DNA of 64,000 bases, from the NCBI GenBank assembly GCA_038087875.1, contig JAXLNO010000385.1, forward strand, positions 620,001-684,000, written 5' to 3'. Shown piece after piece: positions 18,965-31,300 of this stretch. The notes beneath the pieces were generated by a model. The model had not been told where the DNA came from. It was given only the letters and a program-made list of their open reading frames with translations, and searched no databases. Position numbers and translations under genes: made by a program. The DNA comes from Malacoraja senta (Eukaryota). How positions within the stretch are numbered: the first letter of the stretch is position 1; every line of letters starts with the position of its first letter.

Positions 18965-19352
18965 AAAGTGTATAGCACATTTAAAATCAAGTCACGTTGA
19001 CCAAAGTGCTGTAGACCAGTGCAGATACTAACGTGCTACATACAATGGTACACAGAGCTAACAATACATACACAAACTGTTTGCAACGCCCCCTCAGAGG
19101 GCCTAAAAAACGCTATTGGGTAGAAATAAGTGTTGAGCCTCGATATAAAGAAGTCGATGGCGGGGTAGTTCTGATGAGGAGAGGGATGCTGTTCCACAGT
19201 CTAGGGGCTGCAACCGCAAAAGCGCGGTCGCCCCTGAGCTTAAACCTAGACCGCGAGATAGTCAGTAGCCCCAAGTCGGCCGTCCTGAGGGACCTGGAGG
19301 TAGAATGGTGGGTTAGAAGATTTTTGATACAGGAGGGGGCAAGCCCGTTAGG
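18965..19352 (-). mobile_element. L2 LINE 3' fragment
   Basis: Reads NGLAPSCIKNLL..RGDRAFAVAAPRLWNSIP. Confidence 0.82.
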
Positions 19353-19645
19353 GTGATTGGACGGGTGCATTTATAGGAAAGGTTAAAATGAATGTCGGGG
19401 AATCGCGGGAAATCGGACTCGCGTTGACGGCGCATCTCGCTTAGCAGAGACGAATTGAGCCAAAGACACAGATTCAGTGATGTATGATTCTATAACTTCT
19501 ATGAGTGATGGTTCAAATGGCCATTGCAAGCCGTTCCGTGTGTGTATGTGCGTAGTGGAGATTCTGAGCAGTTGAATGGGAATATTGGGAGGACAAACAC
19601 TGATGGGAGCAAATGTATGTTGAACTATCGGCGTGGGTCAGAGGG

Positions 19646-20551
19646 TCACGGACGGACAAGTGCACGAATTGCACTCACTGGGAATTTAACCGCGTTCATC
19701 AGCTCAGCCCTGAATTTACTCTGGGTCACCACGTAAATACACGTGTTGGTGCAGGTACTGAGCAGCTGTAAGAAGCCCGACGTGACCTCTGTGATGTAGT
19801 AAGAAGCGGTGGGGGTGTAGTCAACTCGCACCTTCGCAATACTCGTAAAGATGATAAATATGGCCTGTGTTGCCCACAGCAGGACGAAAGTGCTCGTGAT
19901 ACTGAAGAGTAAAACGATGGATTTCCTGCGGTTCTCCATCTCCGGGTCCTTGTCATTCTCTCCGTTGCTTTTACCCCGGAGCCCCCTGCGGACTCTGCTG
20001 GCCGCTACAATCCGCCTGACCGTCAGCACATTGAGCAGAAGGATCAGAAAGAACGGGATACAAGGGGTTAGAACGCGGTGTGTGACATCATATGCGATCC
20101 ATGCAGACGACGTATAGTAGGTGGGTTTGTTGTAGCAACCGCTGGGAAGGTTATCAAACACGTAGCCAGGTTCTATCGCAAAACACCAGGGGACGTTCTC
20201 TAAACAGCCCAGCACACTCACTGCCCCGATAATCACAGCCGCCGTTCTCTCAGTGCAATATCTTGTTTTCAGCTTCTCACAACAAATAGCCACAAACCGA
20301 TCGAAGGTGAAGGCGACCGTCAGCCAGACAGAGACAGCGGTGGATGTAAAGACCAGGAAATCGATAGTCACGCACACGGGAGTAATGTTCAGCAAAGAAT
20401 ACGGGAAGTAAATTTTAATAGTCTGACGTACAAAACGGATCGATGATGCCGACCAGGAGATCAGACGCTGCCATGGCCACCAGGTAGAGAGTGATGCATT
20501 TGGAGAGACCGCATTTACCTCGACAGAGAATCAAAATCGCCAAAAAGTTCA
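19646..20551 (-). pseudogene. Exon 2 of a GPR139/GPR142-like class A GPCR (copy A). One +1 frameshift at 20432-20435: pseudogene or sequencing error
   Basis: Acceptor (CT)n-CACAG. Reads VNFLAILILCRGKCGLSKCIT..YLVAMAASDLL, SVWLTVAFTFDRFVAIC, NRRKSIVLL and CTNTCIY, covering TM1-TM7, with stop TGA at 19646. Confidence 0.9.
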
Positions 20552-22360
20552 CTGTGAGAGAGAGAGAGGAGATATTACTGACATAAGGCCCGCACAAAAG
20601 TATCTGAGCGACATTGTCTGATTGGAAGGTTTTTAAACTTCAAATTTGGTTGACCAAATGACCTTTAGCCCAGACCACATTCAGAGACTACAGCCTTTGG
20701 ACCACGGTGTCCACGCACCTCATCAAACACCAATGTATATTACGTTCACCACTTTTAATACTGCCCATATTCTTCTGAACTGTCTCCAGATTGTAGCATC
20801 CATCTACACTGTCCCATGGGCAGTAGTTACAGAAACCATTAATAGGCAGGTCAACTGCATGTGGGAGGAAACATGCGCACAGCCAAGATTAGCGTGGAGT
20901 CAGAGGGCGAACGATGAAACATTGCTCATAAAGCACGGGAGGGTGGAGATTGAACCTGCGTCGCCGAAACTGTGTGACAGCGGCAGTCAGGCTATCACAA
21001 CATGGGGGGACGGTAACATCGGACGCTGACCTGGTTGGTGACCGACACCGAACTTCAGCAACAGCAGCTTCGTCCGCCCCGAATGGTGGGGCTTGAATCG
21101 GCCCGTTCGCGGAGCCTTTTGTCGGCCGGCTGGGGCTTCAACATCGGGAGGCTCAATCGCTGGATGCAGCAGCTTGATTTTCAGCCGCGCCGGGCGATGA
21201 AAGGCCCCGCGAACTGGCCGATTCAGCCCGAAGAATGCGTCTGATAAATTCCGGATTACAAAACATAGGTGGGATTGTCCCCCCCCCTCTCAAAGCACCG
21301 AGGAGGGGGGGTGCTCCGGTCCCTCCCCAGAATTTCTGCCTATGCAGGCAGTACTGACCGTGGCATGGTGGCGAAGATGTACAGATACATCTGTGGATAT
21401 AAATTCGAATTTACAGATCGTCCGAAGGAGAAGATATCAAAATACATAACATTAACTGATATAAAATTACGTGACAGCATCTGTTTACATCTGAGTTAAC
21501 ATCTGAGTTTACATCATAGTAAAGTCGTGACACATTCATAGAGTCAGATCCCAGCTCGTGACATTCACTTGCTTTATCTCATGAGCTGTAGCATTACAGG
21601 TCTAACGCGGGATTACGCTTCACGCAGCGACGAGTGAAGAAAATATATCGATTATATATTCAGTTAAGCAGGTTTGTCCGATTGGGAACACATACCATTT
21701 CACTAACACGTTTCAGACTCTCCACGGAAGGAACCCAAGTTGCCATTCTCACAGCTCCTGACCAACATACCAGGGTGTGATTATCTGATACCTGCTCGCT
21801 GGTCAGGGCTCTGGCCGGCGCAATCAGTACAGACAGTGATCCAGGCCAGGATAAACAACGGGCATGACGTACACATTGCGGCAGTTCCAGTAGGAACATG
21901 GATGTCTAACCAAATTAAACAAGTGAATTATTGAAACACAAACAATTTTGTTTAAAGTCGGCACACCCGGAGTGTACGGAATGTCTCACAGCTAATGCGC
22001 GTACATGAAAATCAGAGACAAACCAAATTACCGAAAACAGCGACAGCCGCTATTGTAGGGTAATATATATCTTCAATTCGATAGATCAATGGATATCCCA
22101 TAGCTGGAAGACACAATTAACTCCTGTGGCTCCGTCAGTCCGTCATCGCTGTAGCTCTGTGGCGATGCCTTCTGGTGGGCACCGAGATATATAGAGCGAT
22201 AGGTCTCCAGCGACATGACCTCATAGCTGCTGATTGACATTAGTGACACTCACGGAACAAACACCTTGCGCCACAGCCATTGACTCCACCATGGGAGATG
22301 ACAAGCGAATAATTTAAGGATCGAGTATAAAAAAACACGAAGCGAGTCGCTGATAAACAG

Positions 22361-22455
22361 AGTCTGAAGAATGGTCACTATCCGAAACGTCACCTATACA
22401 CGTTCTACAAAAATGTTGCCTGTCCCTCTGTTACACCAGCACTTTGTCTATTTTT
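22361..22455 (+). mobile_element. Penelope-terminal remnant with a degenerate hammerhead core
   Basis: AGTCTGAAGA-ATGGTCACTATCC-GAAACGTCACC; a copy at 29562. Confidence 0.5.
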
Positions 22456-22649
22456 CACTGAAAACAAGAATTTATGCTATCCAATGAAAGAATGGTCCAT
22501 GACACTGTTATTTCATTTAATGTTGGTGTGATTTCGATGGACATCTCCAGTGAACCCATCTACCATTCCAGTTTTGTTTTTTACCCCCAAAATAAAACAT
22601 AATTCATACCATGACATCACTGATATTGCAAGACAGATGCTGAAATATT

Positions 22650-23020
22650 TATAGAAATAGAAACATGGACAATAGGTGCAGGAGGATGCCATCCGGCCCT
22701 TCGAGCAAGCACCGCCATTCATTGTCATAATGGCAGATCGTCCCCAATCACTAACCTGTGCCTGCTTTCTCCCCATATCCCTTGATTCCACTGGCCCCTC
22801 GAGCTCTATCTAACTCTCTCTTAAATCCATCCGGTGATTTGGCCTCCACTGCCCTCTGTGGCAGGGAATTCCACAAATTCACAACTCCCTGGGTGAGAAA
22901 GTTTTTTCTCAGTTTTAAATGGCCTCACCTTTATTCTAAGACTGTGGCCGCTGGTTCTGGACTCGCCCAACATAGGGAATATTTTTCCTGCATCTAGTTT
23001 GTCCAGTCCTTTTATAATGG
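22650..23020 (-). mobile_element. CR1 3' fragment
   Basis: Reads IIKGLDKLDAGKIFPMLGESRT plus 3'UTR; a copy at about 29828-30210. Confidence 0.85.
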
Positions 23021-23619
23021 TATATTTTTCTATAAGAAATTTCTGTATCCTTTGCTCAGTCGGACTGTGCACAGTTTGACCGTGTGCTATGTTTAGCTCA
23101 ATGATGACTTCCCTCCGTAATTTGCCAGCCCCCCCACCCCCGAGCACCCTGTGAGACATGGCATGTGTAATTTCTATGTGATTTGGTTTAAGTTGGATAC
23201 AGCGTGGGAAAGAGGATCTTAGGCCACTCAGAGGAAACTCACGCGGTCACAGGCGAATGTGCACACTTACACATAGACAGCAGACGAGGCAGGATAGAAC
23301 CCTGGTCCCTGGCGTTTTGTAGCAGTAGTGCAACCAATGTGCCGCCCTTGATGTGATACCGCGTGGAAACAGGCCCTTCGGCCCAACGTCCAAACCGAGC
23401 AACATGTCCCAGTTGCACTAGTCCCTGGCGTCTGGTCCATATCCCTCCAAACCCGTCCTATCGGTGTAACCTTGTAGCTGTTTCTTAAACGTTGTGATAG
23501 TCCCAACCTTAACTATCTCCTCTCGCAGCTAGTTCCATACACCCACCAGCCTCTGTGTGGAAACGTTACTCCTAGATTCCTATTAACTCTTTTTGTCCTT
23601 CACCTTGCATCAACGTCGT

Positions 23620-23945
23620 CTGGTCAGGCAAACGCCTCCGTTGCCATGCTGTGAAAACGGAGAGGATGAGAAGGAGTTTCTTCCCAGAGGCCATTAGGAC
23701 TGTAAACTCCTATCTCACCAGGGACTAACTTTACTGAACCATTTTACTGTTGTGTGGTGTCTTTAAAAAAATTGCTGATTTTTTTCTTTTTTTCCTCCCA
23801 CAAATATGTAATATGTGAATATGTGATTCTGTCCATTCTGTTTTGTGTTTTTTTGCACAATCCGCGAGCATTGCCACTTTCCATGTCACTGCACATCTCG
23901 TATGTGTATGTGACGAATATACTTGACTTGACTTGACTTGACTTG
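23620..23945 (+). mobile_element. Rex1/Babar-like LINE 3' end
   Basis: Reads RLRCHAVKTERMRRSFFPEAIRTVN, then a UTR ending in (TTGAC)n; a copy at about 30795-31115. Confidence 0.65.
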
Positions 23946-24526
23946 GTCCTCGATTCACGTACTCTGACAAATCTATAGGGAGGTTGCACGGCAGTCGGGA
24001 TCACGACCCGTGACCTGTACTGTTGCCACGCAAAGCCAACTGGAGTACATGCGGTGAACGTCGGGTAAGCGCTTACCACGGACTCGGACTCCACGCTGAC
24101 TGGTTCCACACTCACGTACCCCCGGCCGTCTATCCCCGCGGCTGGGGATCTGGGGGTGTTCGGGGGTGGAGAGGGAAGGGGGTGTCGGGGTCCGGTGCCG
24201 GTGCAGCGCGGTCAGTGACTCTAGGTGGACGGAGGGACCAGACTGTCCCCAACTCTGCTGCAGCTGACGGGGACGTTGCCGGGTGGTTGGTGGGGTGATG
24301 TGGTCGGTGGGGGGCGGTGGTTCAGTGACTCTGGGTGGGCGGAGGGACCAGACTGTCTCCAACTCTGCTGCAGCTGACGGGGACGTTGCCGGGTTTTCGT
24401 CCCCGTGTGTCCGCTGCCCAGATCCGCGGCCCTGTCCACCCGGCCCCGTGTGTGTGTGGGCGCTGCCGACCCACAGCCCGTGACAGTGCGGCCGCACAGG
24501 GGGAGACGGGGCGGAGGGCGGCCGTG

Positions 24527-24543
24527 GATCTATCGATCTATCG

Positions 24544-24598
<55 letters not shown>

Positions 24599-24696
24599 CA
24601 TCTGTCCATCTGTCCATCTGTCCATCTGTCCGTCTGTCCGTCTGTCCGTCTGTCCGTCTGTCCGTCTGTCCGTCTGTCCGTCTATCCGTCTATCTG

Positions 24697-24784
<88 letters not shown>

Positions 24785-24797
24785 CCTATTTATCTAG

Positions 24798-24830
<33 letters not shown>

Positions 24831-24855
24831 CATCTGTGCATCTATCCATCTATCC

Positions 24856-24915
<60 letters not shown>

Positions 24916-24917
24916 CA

Positions 24918-25008
<91 letters not shown>

Positions 25009-25021
25009 GATCTATCTATAG

Positions 25022-25072
<51 letters not shown>

Positions 25073-25073
25073 A

Positions 25074-25133
<60 letters not shown>

Positions 25134-25138
25134 GTCTA

Positions 25139-25227
<89 letters not shown>

Positions 25228-25270
25228 GTATCTATCTATCTATCTATCCGTAATCTATCTTCTATCTATC
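24527..25270. repeat. (TATC)n/(TGTC)n microsatellite abutting the Helitron-like 5' end
   Basis: Seen directly. Confidence 0.97.
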
Positions 25271-27163
25271 TTCGATACTTAACTAAAACTCATCTTGTCC
25301 TCTTCCGGATTGCGCTTTATTTACATTTGCGCAAAGACGGTCCCCGATAACGCTACGACCCCCCACCCCCCCTACCCCCCGCCTAACTCGCCGTTCCCCT
25401 GTGCCACAAGCGCACCAAGGTTTCTTCCGATCGGTGGAATATTATAAAAGTTACGAATGTTTAAAAATTGTAATATCAGCAGATTGGTCTTCTCTCCTGT
25501 CAAACGTCGGGACGACCACGCCCCTTCCGGCACCCGCTGTCAATCACCGGGGCGAGGAGAATAAAGCAACGGAGCCCCGCGGCCCTGAGCCCCGCGGTCG
25601 TCCTGAACCTGTCCTGAATCCGTCCCGTATCCGTCCCGAATCCGTCCCGAATCCGTCCCGCCGCGAAGCCATCCCGCCGCGAAGCCATCCGGAAGCCAGT
25701 GAGCCCCGAAGACGTCCCGAAGCCATCCCGAAGCCAGTGAGCCCCGAAGACGTCCCGAAGCCGGTGAGCCCCGAAGCCGCCCCAAAGCCGTCCCGAAGCC
25801 GTCCCGAAGTCGGTGAGGCCGGAGCCGTCCCGAAGCCGGTGAGCCCCGCAGCCGCTGGGGAGCCTAGGAGCCGCCCCGAGTCGAAGAACCCAGGAGGCGG
25901 CCCGGAGTGGGGAGCGGTCCGGAGCCTGGCCGAATGCTGCAACCTCCAGATCCTGCGGAAGTAAGGTGTGAGTGTGGGGGGATTGAGGGAGCCGGGCGCT
26001 GGCGGGGGCCGGGCGCTGGCCGGGGCACAGCACCACCGCACACACATCCACGCACACCCCTCCCCTAGCACACACCCCTCCCCAAACGTAGGCCACGGTA
26101 GCGCCGCCCCCCCGGCCCCCACCTGAAGCCGTCACCCTCCCCGTCCCCAGCTGCAGGACTAGCCCAAGAAAAGTCTATTCGGTCCACAATGCGTGTACTA
26201 GCCCTCCGGAAACCAGTCCCTTCTACCCACAACACCTATACCAGCCCTCCAGAACCCCCCCACCCCACTCTGGCTCCCGCCTGAAGCCATTCCCCTCCCC
26301 CGGCTGCAGGACGCTCCCCCCCCCACTGTCCACCGACAGCCCCTGCCTGAAGCCGTCCCTCTCCCAGGGTATATGTCGCTGCCGCCCCCTCAACTGCCTG
26401 CCCCCGCCTGAAGCCGTTCCCCACCCACGGCTGTAGGACGCTCCACCCCGCCCCCGACAGCCCCCTCCTGAAGCCGTCCCCATCCCTGATGCAGGCTTCC
26501 CATCCCGCCCTCCTCCCCCGGCTGCGGGTCGCACGCCCCACCACCACCACCGGCCCCGACAGCCTTCGCCTGAAGCTGCTCCCCTCGCCGGCTATAGGGA
26601 GCTCACCCTGGCCCGCGAAGGCTCCCACCTGAAGCTGTCCCCCTCCCACAGCTGGAGGACGCTCGCCCCACCCCCCACCGGCCCCGACAACCCTCCCCTG
26701 AAGCTCTCCCTGTCCCCCTGCTTCAAGACCCCCCGCCAACCGGTCGCGACAAACCCCGCCCGAAGCCGTCCCCGTGACCCTGCTGCAAGATCCTCCCTCC
26801 CCAACCGGCCACGACAGCCCCCGCCTGAAGCCGCCCCCCCCTCCCAGCTGCCGGATGTTCCCCTCTCCGCCACCGGCTCCGACAGTCCCCGTCTGAAGCC
26901 CTATCCCCACCCAACTGCCCCAGACAGCCGCCGCCTGAAGCCGTGCCACTCCCCAGCTGTATGACGCCACCCCCCCGTCAGCTCCCGCCTGAATCCGTCC
27001 CAATCCCCCGGCTTCAGGATGTCCCTCCCCAGGTTGCTCGCACCCCCCCCCCCCAACCGGTCCCTGACAGCCCCCGACTGAAGCCGTCCACGTCCCCGGT
27101 TACAGGACGCTCCTGCTGGCCCCCAACCGAAGCTGTCCCCATCCTTCAGCTACAAGGTCCCAC
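25271..27163 (+). mobile_element. GC-rich Helitron-like element, 5' part
   Basis: Same end as 10846; CCGAAGCC/CCTGAAGCC subrepeats; paralog of 31672-33545. Confidence 0.65.
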
Positions 27164-27342
27164 ATAAGAGATTAGGATACAAACTTAAAGCACACGGTAT
27201 TGGGGGTTCAGTATTGATGTGGATAGAGAATTGGCTGGCAAACAGGAAGCAAAGAGTAGGAGTAAACGGGTCCTTTTCAGAATGGCAGGCAGTGACTAGT
27301 GGGATACCACTAGGCTCAGTGTTGGGACCCCAGCTATTTACG
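27164..27342 (+). mobile_element. CR1 RT fragment
   Basis: Reads KVPHKRLGYKLKAHGIGGSVLMWIENWLANRKQRV. Confidence 0.85.
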
Positions 27343-27344
27343 GT

Positions 27345-28142
27345 ATATAGGGTACACTCTCCAATATAAAGGACTGACCAGCACCAGTATCTCGCAAGAT
27401 GGATACTGGAACTCTATCAGCCCCATCCTCCAGAGAAACAAAACCCTTCATGATGAACGCAGAATAATCCCTACACTCATCAGACTCAGGCATCTCGGGT
27501 ACCACAGGTGGCTTTTGTGTACCCACCAAAGCCACAGGCTTTGCATTTTTCTGCTTCAGAACGGGACACGCCTTTAACATGTGCCCTCTGCCTTTACAAT
27601 AGTAGCACACAGGTCCTTCGTTAGTCCTCAAATTTCCGTCAACCTTATCAGCTCGGACCTCCCCCTGTATCAACGTGCTGCCACTTGCAGGCACAGAAAC
27701 ACCTTTGACACTGCCACCGGCGACACCACCACGATCAACCGGCCGTGCACCAAAACTACAGGAGCGCCCAACAAAATCAGTTTTATGAGTCAATACATAC
27801 TCATCTACCAACACCGCGGCCTTAGACACCTCATTCACCTTCTGCTCACTAAGGTAATTAGTAACTCTCTCAGGGAGACAGTTCTTAAAGTCTTCCATAA
27901 TAATCAAGGCCCGAAGTTGCCCAATATCCTTCACTTCTTGAGAAGGACACCACCTGTCAAAAAGTGCCTCCTTCTCCCTAGCAAACTCCACATACGTCTG
28001 ACTATCAAACTTCCTAAAGCGCCGGAATTTCTGCCGGTACGCCTCTGGAACTAATTCATAAGCCATTAATACTGTAGACTTCACACACTCATAGTTCAGA
28101 CTGCTTTCACCAAACAAAGACGAGTACACCTCCCGTGCTTTA
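27345..28142 (-). mobile_element. Ty3/Gypsy (Gmr1-like) gag-protease fragment
   Basis: Capsid/SCAN-like YELVPEAYRQKFR..MEDFKNCLP, CCHC knuckle CYYCKGRGHMLKAC and protease LRDTGA. Cut by the gap. Confidence 0.88.
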
Positions 28143-28342
28143 NNNNNNNNNNNNNNNNNNNNNNNNNNNNNNNNNNNNNNNNNNNNNNNNNNNNNNNNNN
28201 NNNNNNNNNNNNNNNNNNNNNNNNNNNNNNNNNNNNNNNNNNNNNNNNNNNNNNNNNNNNNNNNNNNNNNNNNNNNNNNNNNNNNNNNNNNNNNNNNNNN
28301 NNNNNNNNNNNNNNNNNNNNNNNNNNNNNNNNNNNNNNNNNN
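28143..28342. other. Assembly gap (200 N)
   Basis: Run of N. Confidence 0.99.
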
Positions 28343-31300
28343 GCCTCGATCGCCTGGATGCAGCAGGTTGATTTTAAGCTGCGCTGGGCGATGAAAGGCC
28401 ACGCGAACTGGCCGATTCAGCCCTTACAAAATGTCTGATAAATTCCAGATTACAAAAATAGGCGGGATTGCCCCCCACCTGTCAAAGCATCGATGGGGGG
28501 GGGGGGGGTGGGGTGCTCCCGTCCCTCCCCAGAATTTCCGCCCATGCAGGCAGTACTGACTGTGGCACGATTGGGAGATGTACAGATACATCTGCGGATA
28601 TAAATTCGAATATACAGATCGTCCGAAGGAGAAGATATCAAAATACATAACATTAACTGATATAAAATTACGTGACAGCATCTGTTTACATCTGAGTTAA
28701 CATCTGAGTTTACATCATAGTAAAGTCGTGACACCTTCATAGAGTCAGATCCCAGCTCGTGACATTCACTTGCTTTATCTCATAAGCTGTAGCATTACAG
28801 GTCTAACGCGGGATTACGCTTCACGCAGCGACGAGTGCAGAAAATATATCGATTATATATTCAGTTAAGCAGGTTTGTCCGATTGGGAACACATGTCATT
28901 TCACTAACTCGTTTCAGACTCTCCACGGAAGGAACCCAAGTTGCCATTCTCACAGCTCCTGACCAACATACAGGGTGTGATTATCTGATACCTGCTCGCT
29001 GGTCAGGGCTCTGGCCGGCGCAATCAGTACAGACAGTGATCCAGGCCAGGATAAACAACGGGCATGACGTACACATTGCGGCAGTTACAGTAGGAACATG
29101 GATGTCTAACCAAATTAAACAAGTGAATTATTGAAACACAGACAATGTTTGTTTAACGTCGGCACCGCCGGAGTTTACGGGAATGTCTCACAGCTAATGC
29201 GCGTACATGAAAATCAGAGACAAACCAAATTACCAAAAACAGCGACAGCCGCTATTGTAGGGTAATATATATAATGAATTCGATAGATTAATTGATGTCC
29301 CATAGCTGGAAAACACAATTAACTCCTGTGGCTCCGTCAGTCCGTCATCGTTGTAGCTCTGTGGCGATGCCTTCTGGTGGGCACCGAGATATATAGAGCG
29401 ATAGGTCTCCAGCGACATGACCTCATACATGCTGATTGACATTAGTGACACTCACGGAACAAACACCTTGCGCCACAGCCATTGACTCCACCATGGGAGA
29501 TGACAAGCGAATAATTTAAGGATCGAGTAAAAAAAAACACGAAGCGAGTCGTTGAAAACAGAGTCTGAAGAATGGTCACTATCCGAAACGTCACCTATAC
29601 ACATTCTCCAAAAATGTTGCCTGACCGTCTGTTACACCAGCACTTTGTGTATTTTCCAAAGAAAGAATGGTCCATGACACTGTGTTATTTCATTTAATGT
29701 TGGTGTGATTTCTAAGGACATCTCCAGTGAACCCATCTTCCATTCCAGTTTTGTTTTTTCCCCCCAAAATAAATCATCATTCATACCATGACATCACTGA
29801 TATTGCAAGACAGATGCTGAAATATTCATAGAAATAGAAACATGGACAATAGGTGCAGGAGGAGGCCATTCGGCCCTTCGAGCCAGCACCGCCATTCATT
29901 GTGATCATGGCTGATCGTCCTCAATCAATAACCCGTGCCTGCCTTCTCCCCATATCCATAGATTCCACTAGCCCATAGAGCTCTATCTAACTCTCTCTTA
30001 AATCCATCCGATGATGTGGCCTCCACTGCCCTCTGTGGCAGGGAATTCCACAAATTCACAACTCCTGGGTGAGAACGTTTTTTCTCACCTCAGTTTTAAA
30101 TGGCCTCACCTTTATTCTAAGACTGTGACCCCTGGTTCAGGACTCGCCCAACATTGGGAACATTTTTCTGCATCTAGCTTGTCCAGTCCTTTTATAATTT
30201 AATATGTTTCTATAATAAATTTCTGTCTCCTTTGCTATGTCGGACTGTGCACAGTCTGACCGTGTGCTATGTTTCGCTCAATGATGGCTGCTCTCCGTAA
30301 TCTGCCACCCCCCCCCTCACCCCCTCCCAGAGCACACTGTGAGACATGGCATGTGTAATTTCAGTGTGATTTGGTTTAAGTTAGATACAGCGTGGGAAAG
30401 AGGATCTTCGGCCACTCAGAGGCAACTCACGCGGTCACAGGGCGAATGTGCACACTTACACACAGACAGTAGAGGAGGGCAGGATAGAACCCTGGTCTCT
30501 GGAGTTTTGTAGCAGTAGTGCAACCAATGTGCCGCCCTTGGTGTGATACAGCGTGGAAACAGGCCCTTCGGCCCAACGTTCAAACCGACCAACGTGTCCC
30601 AGTTGCACTAGTCACTGGCGTCTGGTCCATATCCCTCCAACCCCGTCCTATCGGTGCTTGAACTTTGGGATAGTCCCAACCTTAACTATCTCCTCTGGCA
30701 GCTAGGTCCATACACCCACCACCCTCTGTGTGGAAACGTTACTCCTAGATTCCTATTAACTCTTTTTTGTCCTTCACCTTGCATCAACGTCGTCTGGTCA
30801 GGCAAACGCCTCCGTTGCCATGCTGTGAAAACGGAGAGGATGAGAAGGAGTTTTTCCCCCAGAGCCCATTAGGACTGTAAACCCCTATCTCACCAGGGAC
30901 TAACTTTACTGAACCATTTTACTGTTGTGTGGTGTCTTTTTAAAAATAACTTTTTTTTTCTTCTTTTCCTCCCACAAATATGTAATATGTGAATATGTGA
31001 TTCTGTCCATTCTGCTTTGTAGTTTTCTGCACAATCCGCGAGCATTGCCACTTTCCATGTCACTGCACATCTCGTCTGTGTATGTAACGAATAAACTTGA
31101 CTTGACTTGACTTGACCTGGTCCTCGATTCACCTACTCTGACCAATCTATAGGGAGGTTGCACGGCAGTCGGTGTCACGACCCTTGACCTGTACTGTTCC
31201 CATGCAAAGCCAACTGGAGTACATGCGGTGAACGTCGGGTAAGCACTTACCACGGCTTCCAGTGCAACGGGCCCGTATTCTGTCCCAGCATTCGGACTTC

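Larger units (their letters stand above)
21150..27163. repeat. Segmental duplication block 2, copy 1 (GPCR intron region)
   Basis: Colinear with 28343-33545. Confidence 0.9.

Noticed and set aside
19646..20551. True GPR139 ortholog (gene symbol)
   Set aside because: These are multicopy, divergent family members; orthology cannot be assigned without a tree.
27338..28402. ORFs spanning the N gap
   Set aside because: The join across the gap is artificial; only 27345-28142 is interpretable.
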